This document shows, one piece after another, positions 53,617 through 63,435 of a stretch of 64,000 nt of DNA. The notes beneath the pieces are model-generated. The model was not told where the DNA came from and did no database searches. It worked only from the letters and a program-made list of their open reading frames with translations. Every line of letters starts with the position of its first letter. The stretch's first letter is position 1. Location of the stretch: positions 21,929 through 85,928 of the forward strand of contig JBDHWW010000007.1 in assembly GCA_039810425.1 (NCBI GenBank). Reading direction: 5' to 3'. Source of the stretch: Pseudobdellovibrionaceae bacterium (GTDB lineage Bacteria; Bdellovibrionota; Bdellovibrionia; Bdellovibrionales; Bdellovibrionaceae). A program made the translations under genes and the position numbers.

Positions 53617-53831
53617 ATCTGGCCAAACATTGCAGTCGTAGTTCGAATCCACGCGGGCATCGAATCTCTTGCGGCGGATATTGTGGCGCGACAGACCTCA
53701 CCCGCTTGGAACCAAAAGCAGAATCCAGTTTTGCACTGTTTTGATTGCGATGAAAAAAGCCAAACCTCCGTAAATGCCAGTACTTTTTTACAGTAAAGAT
53801 ATTCTTAAACACCCCATTTAAGGAGATTTCT

Positions 53832-54236
53832 ATGGAAGTTGAAAAAGAACCCCAACGAGCTCCGCAAGCTATCGAAGTTTCGAATGTCGAAATTAGAAGC
53901 TTCTCAAAACCTAAAGAAATACGAAATTTTCCACACGGACACATTGAACTGATCGAAGTCGCGGGTCGTATGATCGGTCGTGCGACTTTAGCACCCGGAT
54001 GGAAGTGGTCCGAAGATGTTCAGCCCATCGCTAAAACGAAAAGCTGTGAGGCGGCCCATATTCAGTATCATATTTCAGGAGTGTTGATGGTGCGCATGGA
54101 TTCGGGTGAAACCTATCAGTGCCGCGCGGGTGATATTTCGGTTCTCCCTCCAGGGCACGATGCTTGGGTGGTAGGTGATGAGCCCGTTGTCCTTGTGGAT
54201 TTTCAGGGCATGGTGAACTACGCTAAAAATCCATAA
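53832..54236 (+). CDS. Cupin-domain protein
   Basis: PGWKWS..V.P....SC...H..Y..SG, PPGHDAWVVGDEP. Confidence 0.88.
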   Translation: MEVEKEPQRAPQAIEVSNVEIRSFSKPKEIRNFPHGHIELIEVAGRMIGRATLAPGWKWSEDVQPIAKTKSCEAAHIQYHISGVLMVRMDSGETYQCRAGDISVLPPGHDAWVVGDEPVVLVDFQGMVNYAKNP

Positions 54237-54376
54237 GCTATTGAATATAAATGCCTTTTCCTTCGGCGGCCCCAGCCTAAAAAATTAGCGATTTCTGATA
54301 GACATCGCTTGGCCCCCTATGTTACAAAACTGAGCCTTACGGCCAATAATATTCAATATTTAGAAGGAATTAGGTC

Positions 54377-54622
54377 ATGAAAAAAGATCTTCATCCAAAA
54401 GTTAATACAGTTGTTTTCAAAGACATTTCTTGTGATTTCAGCTTCTTGGGCACTTCCACTTTGCACTCTGCAGAGACAGTAAAATGGGAAGACGGTAAAG
54501 AATATCCTTTGATCAAGGTTGAGATCTCTTCTGAATCTCACCCATTCTACACGGGTAAGCAACGTGTGATGGATACAGAAGGTCGTATCGATCGTTTCAA
54601 AAAGAAATACGGCAAGAAGTAA
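54377..54622 (+). CDS. rpmE2: 50S ribosomal protein L31, type B (no Zn-ribbon cysteines)
   Basis: MKKDLHP, VVFKD, YPLI.VEISS.SHPFYTG. Confidence 0.93.
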   Translation: MKKDLHPKVNTVVFKDISCDFSFLGTSTLHSAETVKWEDGKEYPLIKVEISSESHPFYTGKQRVMDTEGRIDRFKKKYGKK

Positions 54623-54664
54623 ATACGCAAACCTCCGCAATCTGCTGGAGGGCTCCTGCATAGC

Positions 54665-54698
54665 AATGCGGCCCATGTTGAGGCCGCATTTGTTTTTT
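54665..54698 (+). terminator. Terminator-like hairpin after rpmE2
   Basis: AATGCGGCC/GGCCGCATT + T-rich run. Confidence 0.7.
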
Positions 54699-54754
54699 CT
54701 GAGCATCGTTTTTCCGGTTTGATCATAGGCTCCTTCAATCTCGAGGCATGAAAG

Positions 54755-55831
54755 ATGTTTTCAAAACTTGCTGAAGTCGAATCCCGTTATGAGCAGGTCA
54801 ATCTCCAACTGCAAAGGCCTGATATTGCCTCTGATCAGAAGCAATACCGCGCATATATGAAAGAGTTGGCGGACCTTGAGAAGATCGTGGTTGTCTATCG
54901 TGACTACAAAACGAAGACAGCGAACCTCAAGGCTAGCAAAGAGTTGATGACGGCTGAGACTGACAACGAAATGCGCGAGCTGATCCGTGAAGAGATCAAA
55001 GAACTTGAAGCAGCTGTTCCTGATCTGGAACAACAGCTTAAGATTTTGCTCATTCCGAAAGATCCTAACGACGATAAGAATATCATTCTCGAGATTCGTG
55101 CGGGAGCTGGTGGTGATGAGGCCTCCTTGTTCGCCGACGAGCTTTTCCGGGCCTATGCACACTATGCTTCTACTCAGGGTTGGAAGGTCGAAATGATGTC
55201 CTTCTCTGAAGGTAACGTTGGAGGAGCAAAAGAGGTTATTGCCTCTGTTTCAGGCACGGCTGTCTTTAGCAAATTGAAGTTCGAATCCGGTGTTCACCGC
55301 GTTCAGCGCGTTCCTAAAACGGAAGCTGCGGGTCGTATTCATACTTCAACAGTGACTGTTGCGGTCATTCCTGAAGTTGAAATCAGCGATATTAAAGTGA
55401 ATATGAACGACCTTCAGTTCGAAACAATGCGTTCACAAGGCTCTGGTGGCCAGTCGGTCAACAGAACTGAATCCGCGGTCCGCGTTGTGCACATTCCAAC
55501 CGGTCTTGACGTGAAATGCCAAGAGGGTAAGTCGCAATCTTCCAACCGTGAGCGTGCGATCCAGATCCTTTACGCAAAATTACAGCAAATCGAAGATGAA
55601 AAGAACCGTAAGGAAGCTTCCGACGCTCGTCTTGAGCAGATCGGAACCGGAGACCGTTCTGAGCGCATCCGCACATACAACTTCCCGCAGACTCGTATTA
55701 CAGACCATCGCATCGGCTTGACGATTCACCAACTGGATTCCGTCATGGGCGGCGCATTTGAGTTGCTGATTGATCCACTCGTTGCTAACTTTCAAGCAGA
55801 GGCATTAAAACAACAAACCTCTGCTGGGTAA
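54755..55831 (+). CDS. prfA: Peptide chain release factor 1
   Basis: PKT (PxT) specificity motif, [13 protein letters not shown]. Confidence 0.97.
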   Translation: MFSKLAEVESRYEQVNLQLQRPDIASDQKQYRAYMKELADLEKIVVVYRDYKTKTANLKASKELMTAETDNEMRELIREEIKELEAAVPDLEQQLKILLIPKDPNDDKNIILEIRAGAGGDEASLFADELFRAYAHYASTQGWKVEMMSFSEGNVGGAKEVIASVSGTAVFSKLKFESGVHRVQRVPKTEAAGRIHTSTVTVAVIPEVEISDIKVNMNDLQFETMRSQGSGGQSVNRTESAVRVVHIPTGLDVKCQEGKSQSSNRERAIQILYAKLQQIEDEKNRKEASDARLEQIGTGDRSERIRTYNFPQTRITDHRIGLTIHQLDSVMGGAFELLIDPLVANFQAEALKQQTSAG

Positions 55832-56712
55832 TGAAGCTAAAAGAGATCCTGGATAAAACCACTCAATTCTTTAAAGAAAAAGGTATCGATTCTCCACGTC
55901 TCGATGCTGAGCTTCTATTGGCGCATGGGCTGAAGCTTGAGCGTATGCAACTCTATCTTAAGTTTGATCAGCCAATGGGCGAAGCTGAACTCGCCACTTG
56001 TCGCGAACTGGTTCGTCGCCGCGTTCAGGGTGAGCCGGTCGCTTACATCCTGGGGTCAAAATATTTCTTCGGCTACAACTTTATCGTTTCCTCTGCTGTG
56101 CTCATTCCGCGTCCTGAGACGGAGCACATTGTTGAGTCCGCAATCGCGTGGGCTCAAGATAAAGATGCCAGCTATAGCATTGTAGATTTGGGCACCGGCT
56201 CCGGGGCCATCGGGCTGACACTTCTTAAAAAACTTTCGAATGCAAGGCTTGTGGCGGTTGATGCTTCCGCGCAAGCCCTTGAGGTGGCGAAGGCCAACGC
56301 AGAAGCGTTGGGGGTTGCTGATCGCGTGCGGTTCATTCATAGCGACGCTGCGAACGTAGATCAGGTTTTGGCTGCGGTGCGGGAGTTCACGGGAGCAGCG
56401 GAAATTCACATTTTGGTTTCAAATCCACCGTATATTGCAACAGACGACAAAGATGTTGAAGAAAATGTGAAAAAATTCGAACCAGAAATCGCTCTCTTCG
56501 CTCCTGAAAATGGGTTAAAGTTTCTCCGCGATTGGTCGCAAAAGTATGTTTCATTTCTTTCAGATAAAGCGATTGTCTTGATGGAAATGGGAATGTCCCA
56601 AGGACCCGCGTTGAAAACGCACTTCGAGAGTCTAGGTGTTTTCAACAAAGTGGATGTCATAAAAGACCTTGCGAGTCTGGACCGGGTCATCAGAGGGGTA
56701 AAAAATGGATAA
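55831..56712 (+). CDS. prmC: Release factor glutamine methyltransferase
   Basis: LIPRPETE, DLGTGSG, SNPPY. Confidence 0.96.
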   Translation: MKLKEILDKTTQFFKEKGIDSPRLDAELLLAHGLKLERMQLYLKFDQPMGEAELATCRELVRRRVQGEPVAYILGSKYFFGYNFIVSSAVLIPRPETEHIVESAIAWAQDKDASYSIVDLGTGSGAIGLTLLKKLSNARLVAVDASAQALEVAKANAEALGVADRVRFIHSDAANVDQVLAAVREFTGAAEIHILVSNPPYIATDDKDVEENVKKFEPEIALFAPENGLKFLRDWSQKYVSFLSDKAIVLMEMGMSQGPALKTHFESLGVFNKVDVIKDLASLDRVIRGVKNG

Positions 56713-57958
56713 GATGTTAGTAACCGGCGGAACAAGCCTGCGCGGGACAGTTCACACCAGTGGTGCCAAGAATGCGGCCTTGCCCATCCTCTTCTCGACG
56801 CTTTTAGCTGAGGGTGAGCACGTATTCACGAATGTTCCTGATTTGAAAGACATTGAATCCACAGCGGCCTTGCTTGAGAGTCTCGGCTGCGAGACTCGTC
56901 GCGATGGCGGCACTTTTCGTGTAAAAGTAAAAAGGCTTCAATCTATCGAAGCACACTATGATCTCGTTCGTAAAATGAGAGCCAGCATTCTCTGTCTGGG
57001 TCCGATCCTGACCAAATATGGTGAGGCTGTTGTATCCATGCCCGGCGGTTGCGCGATTGGAACTCGGCCAATCGATTTGCATCTAGAAGGTATGAAAGCG
57101 CTGGGCGCTGAAATCACCTTGAAGGAAGGTTACGTTCACGCTGCTGCGAAGCGTTTGCAAGGCGGAACGATCCTTTTTGAAACCACCACCGTGGGCGGCA
57201 CTGAAAATGTCATGATGGCGGCCACTCTTGCAAAAGGTAAAACCATTCTTGAAAACGCGGCGAAAGAACCAGAGATCGTTGATTTGGCTGAATATCTCAT
57301 TAAGATGGGCGCCAAAATCACCGGTCACGGTACAAGCATCATCACGATTGAAGGTGTGGATCAGCTAAAGCCTGCAGAACACTCCATCATGCCAGATCGT
57401 ATTGAAGCCGGGACTTTGTTGATCGCCGGGGCCATTACAAAAGGTGAAGTGACTGTTGAGAGGTGTGTTCCTACCCACTTGGAAGCATTGGTTTTGAAAA
57501 TGCGTGAGGCCGGATTTAAAATTGAACAAGGTAAAACTTCACTCACCGTGATGACGGCAAACTCTTGGGAGGCCGTGGATATTACAACGGCCCCCCACCC
57601 CCTTTTCCCGACAGACTTACAGGCCCAGTTCATGGCCTTGATGGCGGTTGCCAACGGCACAAGTGTTATTAGTGAAACGATCTTTGAAAACCGCTTCATG
57701 CATGTTCAAGAGCTGATTCGTTTGGGCGCAGACATCACGCCAAAAACTCGCGTTGCCGTTGTTCGCGGTAAACCAGAAGGTTTGACGGCCGCGCCGGTGA
57801 TGGCGACAGATTTACGCGCGAGTGCTTCGTTGGTTCTTGCGGGCCTCGTTGCTAAAGGTGACACGACAGTCGGTCGTATCTATCACTTGGATCGCGGTTA
57901 TGAAAACCTAGAGTCGAAACTGCAAAGCTTGGGAGCAAAGATTCGGCGCATCGAGTAA
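56705..57958 (+). CDS. murA: UDP-N-acetylglucosamine 1-carboxyvinyltransferase
   Basis: SGAKNA, PGGCAIG, PDRIEAGT, TDLRA, HLDRGYE. Confidence 0.98.
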   Translation: MDKMLVTGGTSLRGTVHTSGAKNAALPILFSTLLAEGEHVFTNVPDLKDIESTAALLESLGCETRRDGGTFRVKVKRLQSIEAHYDLVRKMRASILCLGPILTKYGEAVVSMPGGCAIGTRPIDLHLEGMKALGAEITLKEGYVHAAAKRLQGGTILFETTTVGGTENVMMAATLAKGKTILENAAKEPEIVDLAEYLIKMGAKITGHGTSIITIEGVDQLKPAEHSIMPDRIEAGTLLIAGAITKGEVTVERCVPTHLEALVLKMREAGFKIEQGKTSLTVMTANSWEAVDITTAPHPLFPTDLQAQFMALMAVANGTSVISETIFENRFMHVQELIRLGADITPKTRVAVVRGKPEGLTAAPVMATDLRASASLVLAGLVAKGDTTVGRIYHLDRGYENLESKLQSLGAKIRRIE

Positions 57959-57999
57959 AGGTTTCGCCCGCCCCGTTAGGCCGGAATGAAAGGCATCAA

Positions 58000-58085
58000 A
58001 AAAGCCTCGTTGGGAGGGGGTCCTTTCGAGGCTTTTGAAGGGATTAAAAAAAATGTCCCAGTCCGGAGGGGGTGGACTGAGACAT
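58000..58085. terminator. Two hairpins between convergent murA and small ORF, each with a GGAGGGGGT loop
   Basis: Stems 58000-58009/58027-58036 and 58053-58064/58074-58085; both followed by T-tracts on the minus strand. Confidence 0.7.
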
Positions 58086-58103
58086 CCAATGGTATCGAAG
58101 TTA

Positions 58104-58313
58104 TTATCTAACTTCTCTAGTACCGAAACTTAGCTTCGCCTTGCAAGGCCCGTTGTTGCCAAAACCAGGGAGGGGGTCCACGGTGATTGGCTTAATAACG
58201 GGTCCCGCAGGACGTTTAGGCTCAAAAACAATAACTGGGGATTCAGCGCGCGACACAGCAGAGATTGCCAGAACTGCCAAGATGTAGAGTGCTATGAGTG
58301 CGTTGCGAATCAT
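58104..58313 (-). CDS. Small secreted peptide (69 aa)
   Basis: Signal peptide ending SRA, GGGGAAG RBS, tandem TAA TAA, upstream sigma54 motif and downstream terminator. Confidence 0.65.
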   Translation of the reverse strand: MIRNALIALYILAVLAISAVSRAESPVIVFEPKRPAGPVIKPITVDPLPGFGNNGPCKAKLSFGTREVR

Positions 58314-58343
58314 TTGAGTTCTTCCCCAGTTCCAGACTTCTAA

Positions 58344-58359
58344 AGCAACTCGCGTGCCA
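58344..58359 (-). promoter_or_regulatory. sigma54 (RpoN) -24/-12 promoter
   Basis: Minus strand TGGCACGCGAGTTGCT = TGGCAC-N5-TTGC consensus. Confidence 0.8.
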
Positions 58360-58554
58360 AAGGTTTTGACAGCTCAAAGTTCATTAAATTCAATTTCAGA
58401 GGGAAAACCCCTTACTAAACTCACGAAAAGTAATTCCAGAATGGGTTTGGTGATTCCAATTTGGGACTTAGGTCTAAAGACCTTTGTAGGGACCTTTTGA
58501 GGAACTCAGCAGATACTAGGCCGCGGCTAAAAAGAGAAATATAATCAACTATCT

Positions 58555-61422
58555 ATGACGCGCGTTCAAATTCACTGGATCGTAAAAACCACCGCGGGCC
58601 AAACCAAAGGGCCTTATACCACTGAAGCACTTATGAAGCTGATTGGTGAAGGAACTTTTTCTGGTTCTGAAATGGTGGCGCGCTATCCTGGTGGTTCATG
58701 GACATTGCTGTCCCAGGAAACACAGTTCTATGACAAATTACTCGAGGCCCTCGAGAGCTCTATAGAACAGGTTCCGAGCAACGACAACAACGAGAACGCT
58801 GAAACCATTGTCGGATCGGTGCCGGAGCATTTGAAAAACCCGCAAGGTTCGCGGCCCCTTTTGGAAAAAGTAAATGTGGCAGGTGGCAGCGCAGCTCCCC
58901 AGTATTCGAACACCGTGAAGGGCCCCACAATGTCGACGAGGTCTTCTTCGAAATTGGCCGAGCCTGCGGTGATCGAGCTTAAGAACATTGCTCAAGTGGC
59001 AAAGAATGAGCTCGCAAAGAGTGCGAAACTGCCTCTGATTTTGGTGGCCGTAGCTTTGCTTTTGGTAGTGTACGTGCTTTTGCCGGATGGCGCTGATAGC
59101 GGAGAAAAGATCAGTCTGATCGCGCCGAAAAAAGGTTCTGCTGCCATGAGTGATCAGCAAGCGAAAGAAAAATTCGCGGCGGCGGTCGCAGCGATTGAGG
59201 CAGACACGATAGAGTCCTACCTCGTGGCGCAGAATCACCTTGTGTCGGTGGTTGAAGGAGCGCCATCGAATCTTGAAGTTCGTGGTCTTCTCTGTTTGGT
59301 TTACAAAGAGCTTTGGCCATTTGCAAAGCAAGACGCCAATGATATTCGCACGATCTCGAGCGTGACTCAGTCGACACGTGCATTGAATGCGGTCGGTCTT
59401 TATGGAAATATCTGTGAGGTCGTGAATCTTGAAACCTCAGGTCACTACAAAGAAGCTCGTGGCGTTGTCGAATCTGCGCTGGAAAACGCGGATCACTTTT
59501 CGCTCCTCCCGGTGCTGTATGAATTTAAGGCCGAGTTGCTTGAGGCGGACAAAGATTATTTGAATGCAAGTCCTTACTATGAAAAGGCCGCACAGCTTTG
59601 GGAAAGATGGCTTCGCCCGCAAGTGAAGGCCGGCGTGGTGGCGGCGATTCGGACTCAGGGGCCGAAGGCTTCGCAATACTTCCGCGGAGTGCTTGCGAAA
59701 AATCCAAATCATCGTGAGGCGAAGATTCGCCAAGGGATTTTGGAGTTCCGGGCGTTTAAGCAAGAGGAAAACGCGTTTAAGTACTTAAAATCAGCAATGA
59801 GCTCCCAGGCTCGTGTGCAACGAGATCTTGAGGCCGAGGGATATTTTGCGTTGGCCGAACTTTATTTGAATAAAAACGAAAAGTCCGCAGCGCTCGATGC
59901 CGCTCAACAAGCGTATCGGTTAAGTCCGAATACGACTCAGTACAAACAACTCGTGGTTCGTCTCGGAGGTTCTGACCGCATCAAAGAAAAATCTTCAAAT
60001 AGCGAGATGATGTTTGTCGGCGACCAGTATGCTCGTACGGGTGACTGCTTAGCGGCGCAAGCGGAATACAAAGCAGCGTTTGAGATGGAGCCAAAGAACG
60101 GTATGGCGGCCGTGAAGGCTGCGAAGTGTTTGTGGCAGCTGAATCAAAGTTTTGAAGCCGTGGAGTGGCTGACGAAAGCGATTAAAGCGGAGCCGAACTT
60201 GATTACCGCGTACGTGTTACAGGCGGATTATATGTCCCAGCGTTATAACTTTGCCGGCGCGGTGAATGCGCTGACAGCGGCGGCGAGAATTTCCCCGAAC
60301 AATTATGAAGTTCTTCGGGGAATGGCTTTGATGGAGTTTCGCCGGGGTAACATGCAGAGCTCGATTAATTTCGCTCAGCGGGCGCTGCGAGCCTATGATG
60401 CTGATATTGAGACTTACACCCTCCTCGCGAAATCGAATGCCGCGCTATACTCCTCAACGATAGCGGCGACAAAAAAAGATATTGATGCGCGAGAATCTTA
60501 TCAGCGTGATGCTCTTCGTTATGCCACGAAAGCCGTGGAGATCGATAACACGAATAGCGAAGCGCAAGTGACTTACGCGAAAGTGATGGCGGAGATTAAC
60601 GGTGTGGACTCGGGTGTGACCTATGTGAAAGAGTTGATCAAGAAGTATTCTTACTCGACGGAATACCGAATCGCGCTGGCTGAGATCTATCGTGGCGATG
60701 AACAGTACTCGCAGGCTCAGGAATTTTATGAGCAAGTGACCGAGGCAGACCCACGCAACAAGAAAGCCTTTATTGGTTTAGGAGAATGTTACAAAGCATC
60801 GGGTTTGGATAGGCAGGCTTTGAAGTCGTTTTTGTCGGCGGCGGTTTTAGATCCGTCGGACGGCGAGGCGCTGTTCCAGGCGGCGAAACTTCAGCTTGAA
60901 ACCAACGAGTACGAGAAAGCAATTGCGCAGTTTAAGCGAGTTCAGGTGATCAACCCCAACTTCCCGCGCACGTATTACTATATCGGCAAAGCCGCGGTGC
61001 TTGCCGGTAACTACAACATGGCGCTGGAAGCGATTAAACGAGAGAAGCAGGACAACCCGAACTTAGCGGATAGCTATTTGCTTGCAGGGGAAATCTATGC
61101 GTTCAAGAAGCAATATTCGGAATGCGCGGCGGAGTATTCTCAGTCGATGAAGCTCCGATCGCAGGGGGCGGATACTTATGTGAAAGCCGCTCAGTGTTAT
61201 CGGTTGTCCGGGTCTGTCGATATTGCCCAAGATTTGCTATCTATGGCATCAAGTCGCGAGTCGGGTTACGCTGACATATACAAAGAACAAGGTGCGATTT
61301 ATGAGGTTCGCGGTGACCTTCGGGCAGCCGTTCAATCATACAATAAGTACTTAGCGCTCTCGCCAAATGCTCTGGATCGTGCTGAAATTGAAAATCGCAT
61401 CAACCGAATCGGTGGCGGTTGA
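58555..61422 (+). CDS. Membrane protein with N-terminal GYF_2-like domain and many TPRs
   Basis: W....GQTKGPY...L..LI..G...W; single TM (LILVAVALLLVVYVLL); long TPR array. Confidence 0.8.
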   Translation: MTRVQIHWIVKTTAGQTKGPYTTEALMKLIGEGTFSGSEMVARYPGGSWTLLSQETQFYDKLLEALESSIEQVPSNDNNENAETIVGSVPEHLKNPQGSRPLLEKVNVAGGSAAPQYSNTVKGPTMSTRSSSKLAEPAVIELKNIAQVAKNELAKSAKLPLILVAVALLLVVYVLLPDGADSGEKISLIAPKKGSAAMSDQQAKEKFAAAVAAIEADTIESYLVAQNHLVSVVEGAPSNLEVRGLLCLVYKELWPFAKQDANDIRTISSVTQSTRALNAVGLYGNICEVVNLETSGHYKEARGVVESALENADHFSLLPVLYEFKAELLEADKDYLNASPYYEKAAQLWERWLRPQVKAGVVAAIRTQGPKASQYFRGVLAKNPNHREAKIRQGILEFRAFKQEENAFKYLKSAMSSQARVQRDLEAEGYFALAELYLNKNEKSAALDAAQQAYRLSPNTTQYKQLVVRLGGSDRIKEKSSNSEMMFVGDQYARTGDCLAAQAEYKAAFEMEPKNGMAAVKAAKCLWQLNQSFEAVEWLTKAIKAEPNLITAYVLQADYMSQRYNFAGAVNALTAAARISPNNYEVLRGMALMEFRRGNMQSSINFAQRALRAYDADIETYTLLAKSNAALYSSTIAATKKDIDARESYQRDALRYATKAVEIDNTNSEAQVTYAKVMAEINGVDSGVTYVKELIKKYSYSTEYRIALAEIYRGDEQYSQAQEFYEQVTEADPRNKKAFIGLGECYKASGLDRQALKSFLSAAVLDPSDGEALFQAAKLQLETNEYEKAIAQFKRVQVINPNFPRTYYYIGKAAVLAGNYNMALEAIKREKQDNPNLADSYLLAGEIYAFKKQYSECAAEYSQSMKLRSQGADTYVKAAQCYRLSGSVDIAQDLLSMASSRESGYADIYKEQGAIYEVRGDLRAAVQSYNKYLALSPNALDRAEIENRINRIGGG

Positions 61423-61432
61423 AGGGGAAAAC

Positions 61433-61741
61433 ATGGGGATGTCAGATAAAATGCAGAGTTTTTCGACCAATGTTCAAGATGGAGTGAAAACCTCGTCGGT
61501 GTCCTTTATTTGTCTCACCCTCCGTGTGTTGACGGGGTTTATGCTGGGGCTGACGCTCGCGTTGATTGGCCAAGAGCTGATTGGCTATGGAACCCTGGCG
61601 CTGGTTTTCATGATGGTGGTCGTGATGGGCTTGGTGGTTAAGACGACATCAGGATGGAATATCGGCAAAGTCCTCATTTTAGATCTAATCCTCGTCCTTG
61701 TGGCTATGCTCCTCAGGATGTATATTCTCGTCGCTCCGTAA
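61433..61741 (+). CDS. Small three-TM membrane protein
   Basis: AGGGG RBS before ATG 61433; hydrophobic helices. Confidence 0.75.
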   Translation: MGMSDKMQSFSTNVQDGVKTSSVSFICLTLRVLTGFMLGLTLALIGQELIGYGTLALVFMMVVVMGLVVKTTSGWNIGKVLILDLILVLVAMLLRMYILVAP

Positions 61742-61759
61742 TTTAGAAAGGACCGCAAT

Positions 61760-63055
61760 ATGATCGATATTAAACTTCTCGAGAAAAAAGCCGAGAACGG
61801 CCCGAGCTATTTTGATGAATACAAGCAATCTCTTTTGAATCGTGGTGCTTCGACGGAAGTGCTTGAGCAAATTGTTGAGCTCAATAAAAAACGCCGTGAG
61901 ATGATCACAATGGCTGAAACTGAAAAAGCCAAACAAAACAAACTCAGTGGTGAAATCGGTAAATTGAAGCGCGAAGGCGGCGATGTTTCCACGATTATGG
62001 CTGAAGTTGAAAAACTCAAAGGCACGGTGAAAGATCTCGAGGCGAAAGCGGCGGAGATCGACTTGCAGGTGACGAATATTGCTTTGACGATGCCGAACAA
62101 GCCCAGCCGCTCTGTGCCTGTGGGTGCTTCTGAAAAAGAAAATAAAGTTTTGAAAACTTGGGGGAATCCCGCGGCTTTTGGGTTCAAAGTGAAGGAGCAT
62201 TGGGAACTCGGTGAAGCTCTCGATATCATCGATTTTGAACGCGCTGGTAAAACGACGGGGACTCGTTTTGCTTTCTTGAAGGGGGCGGCGGCTCAGATGG
62301 AGCGTGCGCTGATCCAATTCATGATGGATATGCACTCTATGAAGCATGGCTATACTGAAATGATTCCGCCGTTTATGGTGAATAGCAACAGCTTGCTTGG
62401 TACTGGTCAGTTTCCGAAGTTTAAAGAAGACGTTTTTAATCTGACGGGGACCGATTTATATCTGATTCCGACGGCGGAAGTGCCGGTTACCAACTACTAT
62501 AATAATGAAATCTTGAACGAAGCAGATCTTCCTAAGAGTTTCTGTGCATACTCTCCGTGCTTTCGTTCTGAGGCCGGCAGTGCGGGTCGCGACACGAAGG
62601 GATTGATCCGTCAGCATCAGTTCGACAAGGTGGAGCTGATGACGTTTGCCCACCCGGATAAGTCTTATGAGCACCATGAAGCGCTCACCAGCCATGCCGA
62701 GCAAGTTTTGATTGATCTGGAGCTTCCATTCCGTCGTGTGCTACTTTGTACTGGGGACATGGGCTTTGGATCTGCGAAGACCCATGACTTGGAAGTGTGG
62801 CTGCCGGGCCAGAATACTTACCGTGAGATCAGCTCTTGCTCCAATTTTGAGGACTTTCAGGCTCGTCGTGCAAACATTCGTTTCCGCTCAGCGGGTGGCA
62901 AACCTCAGTTTGTGCACACTCTGAATGGTTCTGGTTTGGCTGTTGGCCGTACGCTTGTTGCGATTCTTGAGAACTATCAGCGCGAGGACGGAAGCGTGGC
63001 TATTCCGAAGGCACTTCAGAACTATATGGGCGGTCGCAAAGAGATTCGAAAATAA
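61760..63055 (+). CDS. serS: Serine--tRNA ligase
   Basis: Coiled-coil arm, [36 protein letters not shown]. Confidence 0.98.
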   Translation: MIDIKLLEKKAENGPSYFDEYKQSLLNRGASTEVLEQIVELNKKRREMITMAETEKAKQNKLSGEIGKLKREGGDVSTIMAEVEKLKGTVKDLEAKAAEIDLQVTNIALTMPNKPSRSVPVGASEKENKVLKTWGNPAAFGFKVKEHWELGEALDIIDFERAGKTTGTRFAFLKGAAAQMERALIQFMMDMHSMKHGYTEMIPPFMVNSNSLLGTGQFPKFKEDVFNLTGTDLYLIPTAEVPVTNYYNNEILNEADLPKSFCAYSPCFRSEAGSAGRDTKGLIRQHQFDKVELMTFAHPDKSYEHHEALTSHAEQVLIDLELPFRRVLLCTGDMGFGSAKTHDLEVWLPGQNTYREISSCSNFEDFQARRANIRFRSAGGKPQFVHTLNGSGLAVGRTLVAILENYQREDGSVAIPKALQNYMGGRKEIRK

Positions 63056-63115
63056 ACGCTGCGTTAGCATAACAACTACTTGAATACGCTCTTCAAAACC
63101 AATAGAACGGTCGAC

Positions 63116-63205
63116 GGAGAGCTGGTAGAGCGGTTGAATACACCAGTCTTGAAAACTGGCAGCCCTTCGCGGGGCTCGAGGGTTCGAATCCCTCGCTCTC
63201 CGCCA
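63116..63205 (+). tRNA. tRNA-Ser(TGA)
   Basis: Acceptor GGAGAGC/GCTCTCC, anticodon arm CCAGT-CTTGAAA-ACTGG, long variable arm, GGTTCGAATCC, encoded CCA. Confidence 0.97.
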
Positions 63206-63435
63206 ACTAAGTCTCTAGTGACGACACAAAAATTCCCTAAGTAGGGAAAATCACAAATCAAAGGTTTCAACGAGTTAGCAAGATCAGAAAACGGTAGCGA
63301 TCACGGACCATCACAGAAAATCACGGTCGTGATCTTACTAAAATCTTACTGAAGTCTTAGTCAGACGCAGCCTTCGCGGGCGCTCCATCTCCACTTTTCC
63401 TTATCGAAAGAGCCTCACACTTAACGGAGGTTCTT

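Noticed and set aside
53636..53655. GTTCGAATCC resembling a tRNA T-loop after rho
   Set aside because: Imperfect stem and no acceptor, D or anticodon arms
53615..53820. Possible decayed membrane-protein fragment on the minus strand (GIYGGLAFFIAIK...)
   Set aside because: Interrupted by stops and no recognisable family; cannot be supported without a search
63241..63360. CRISPR or iteron array
   Set aside because: Repeats are only 5-7 bp, with no unique spacers and no cas or rep gene in view
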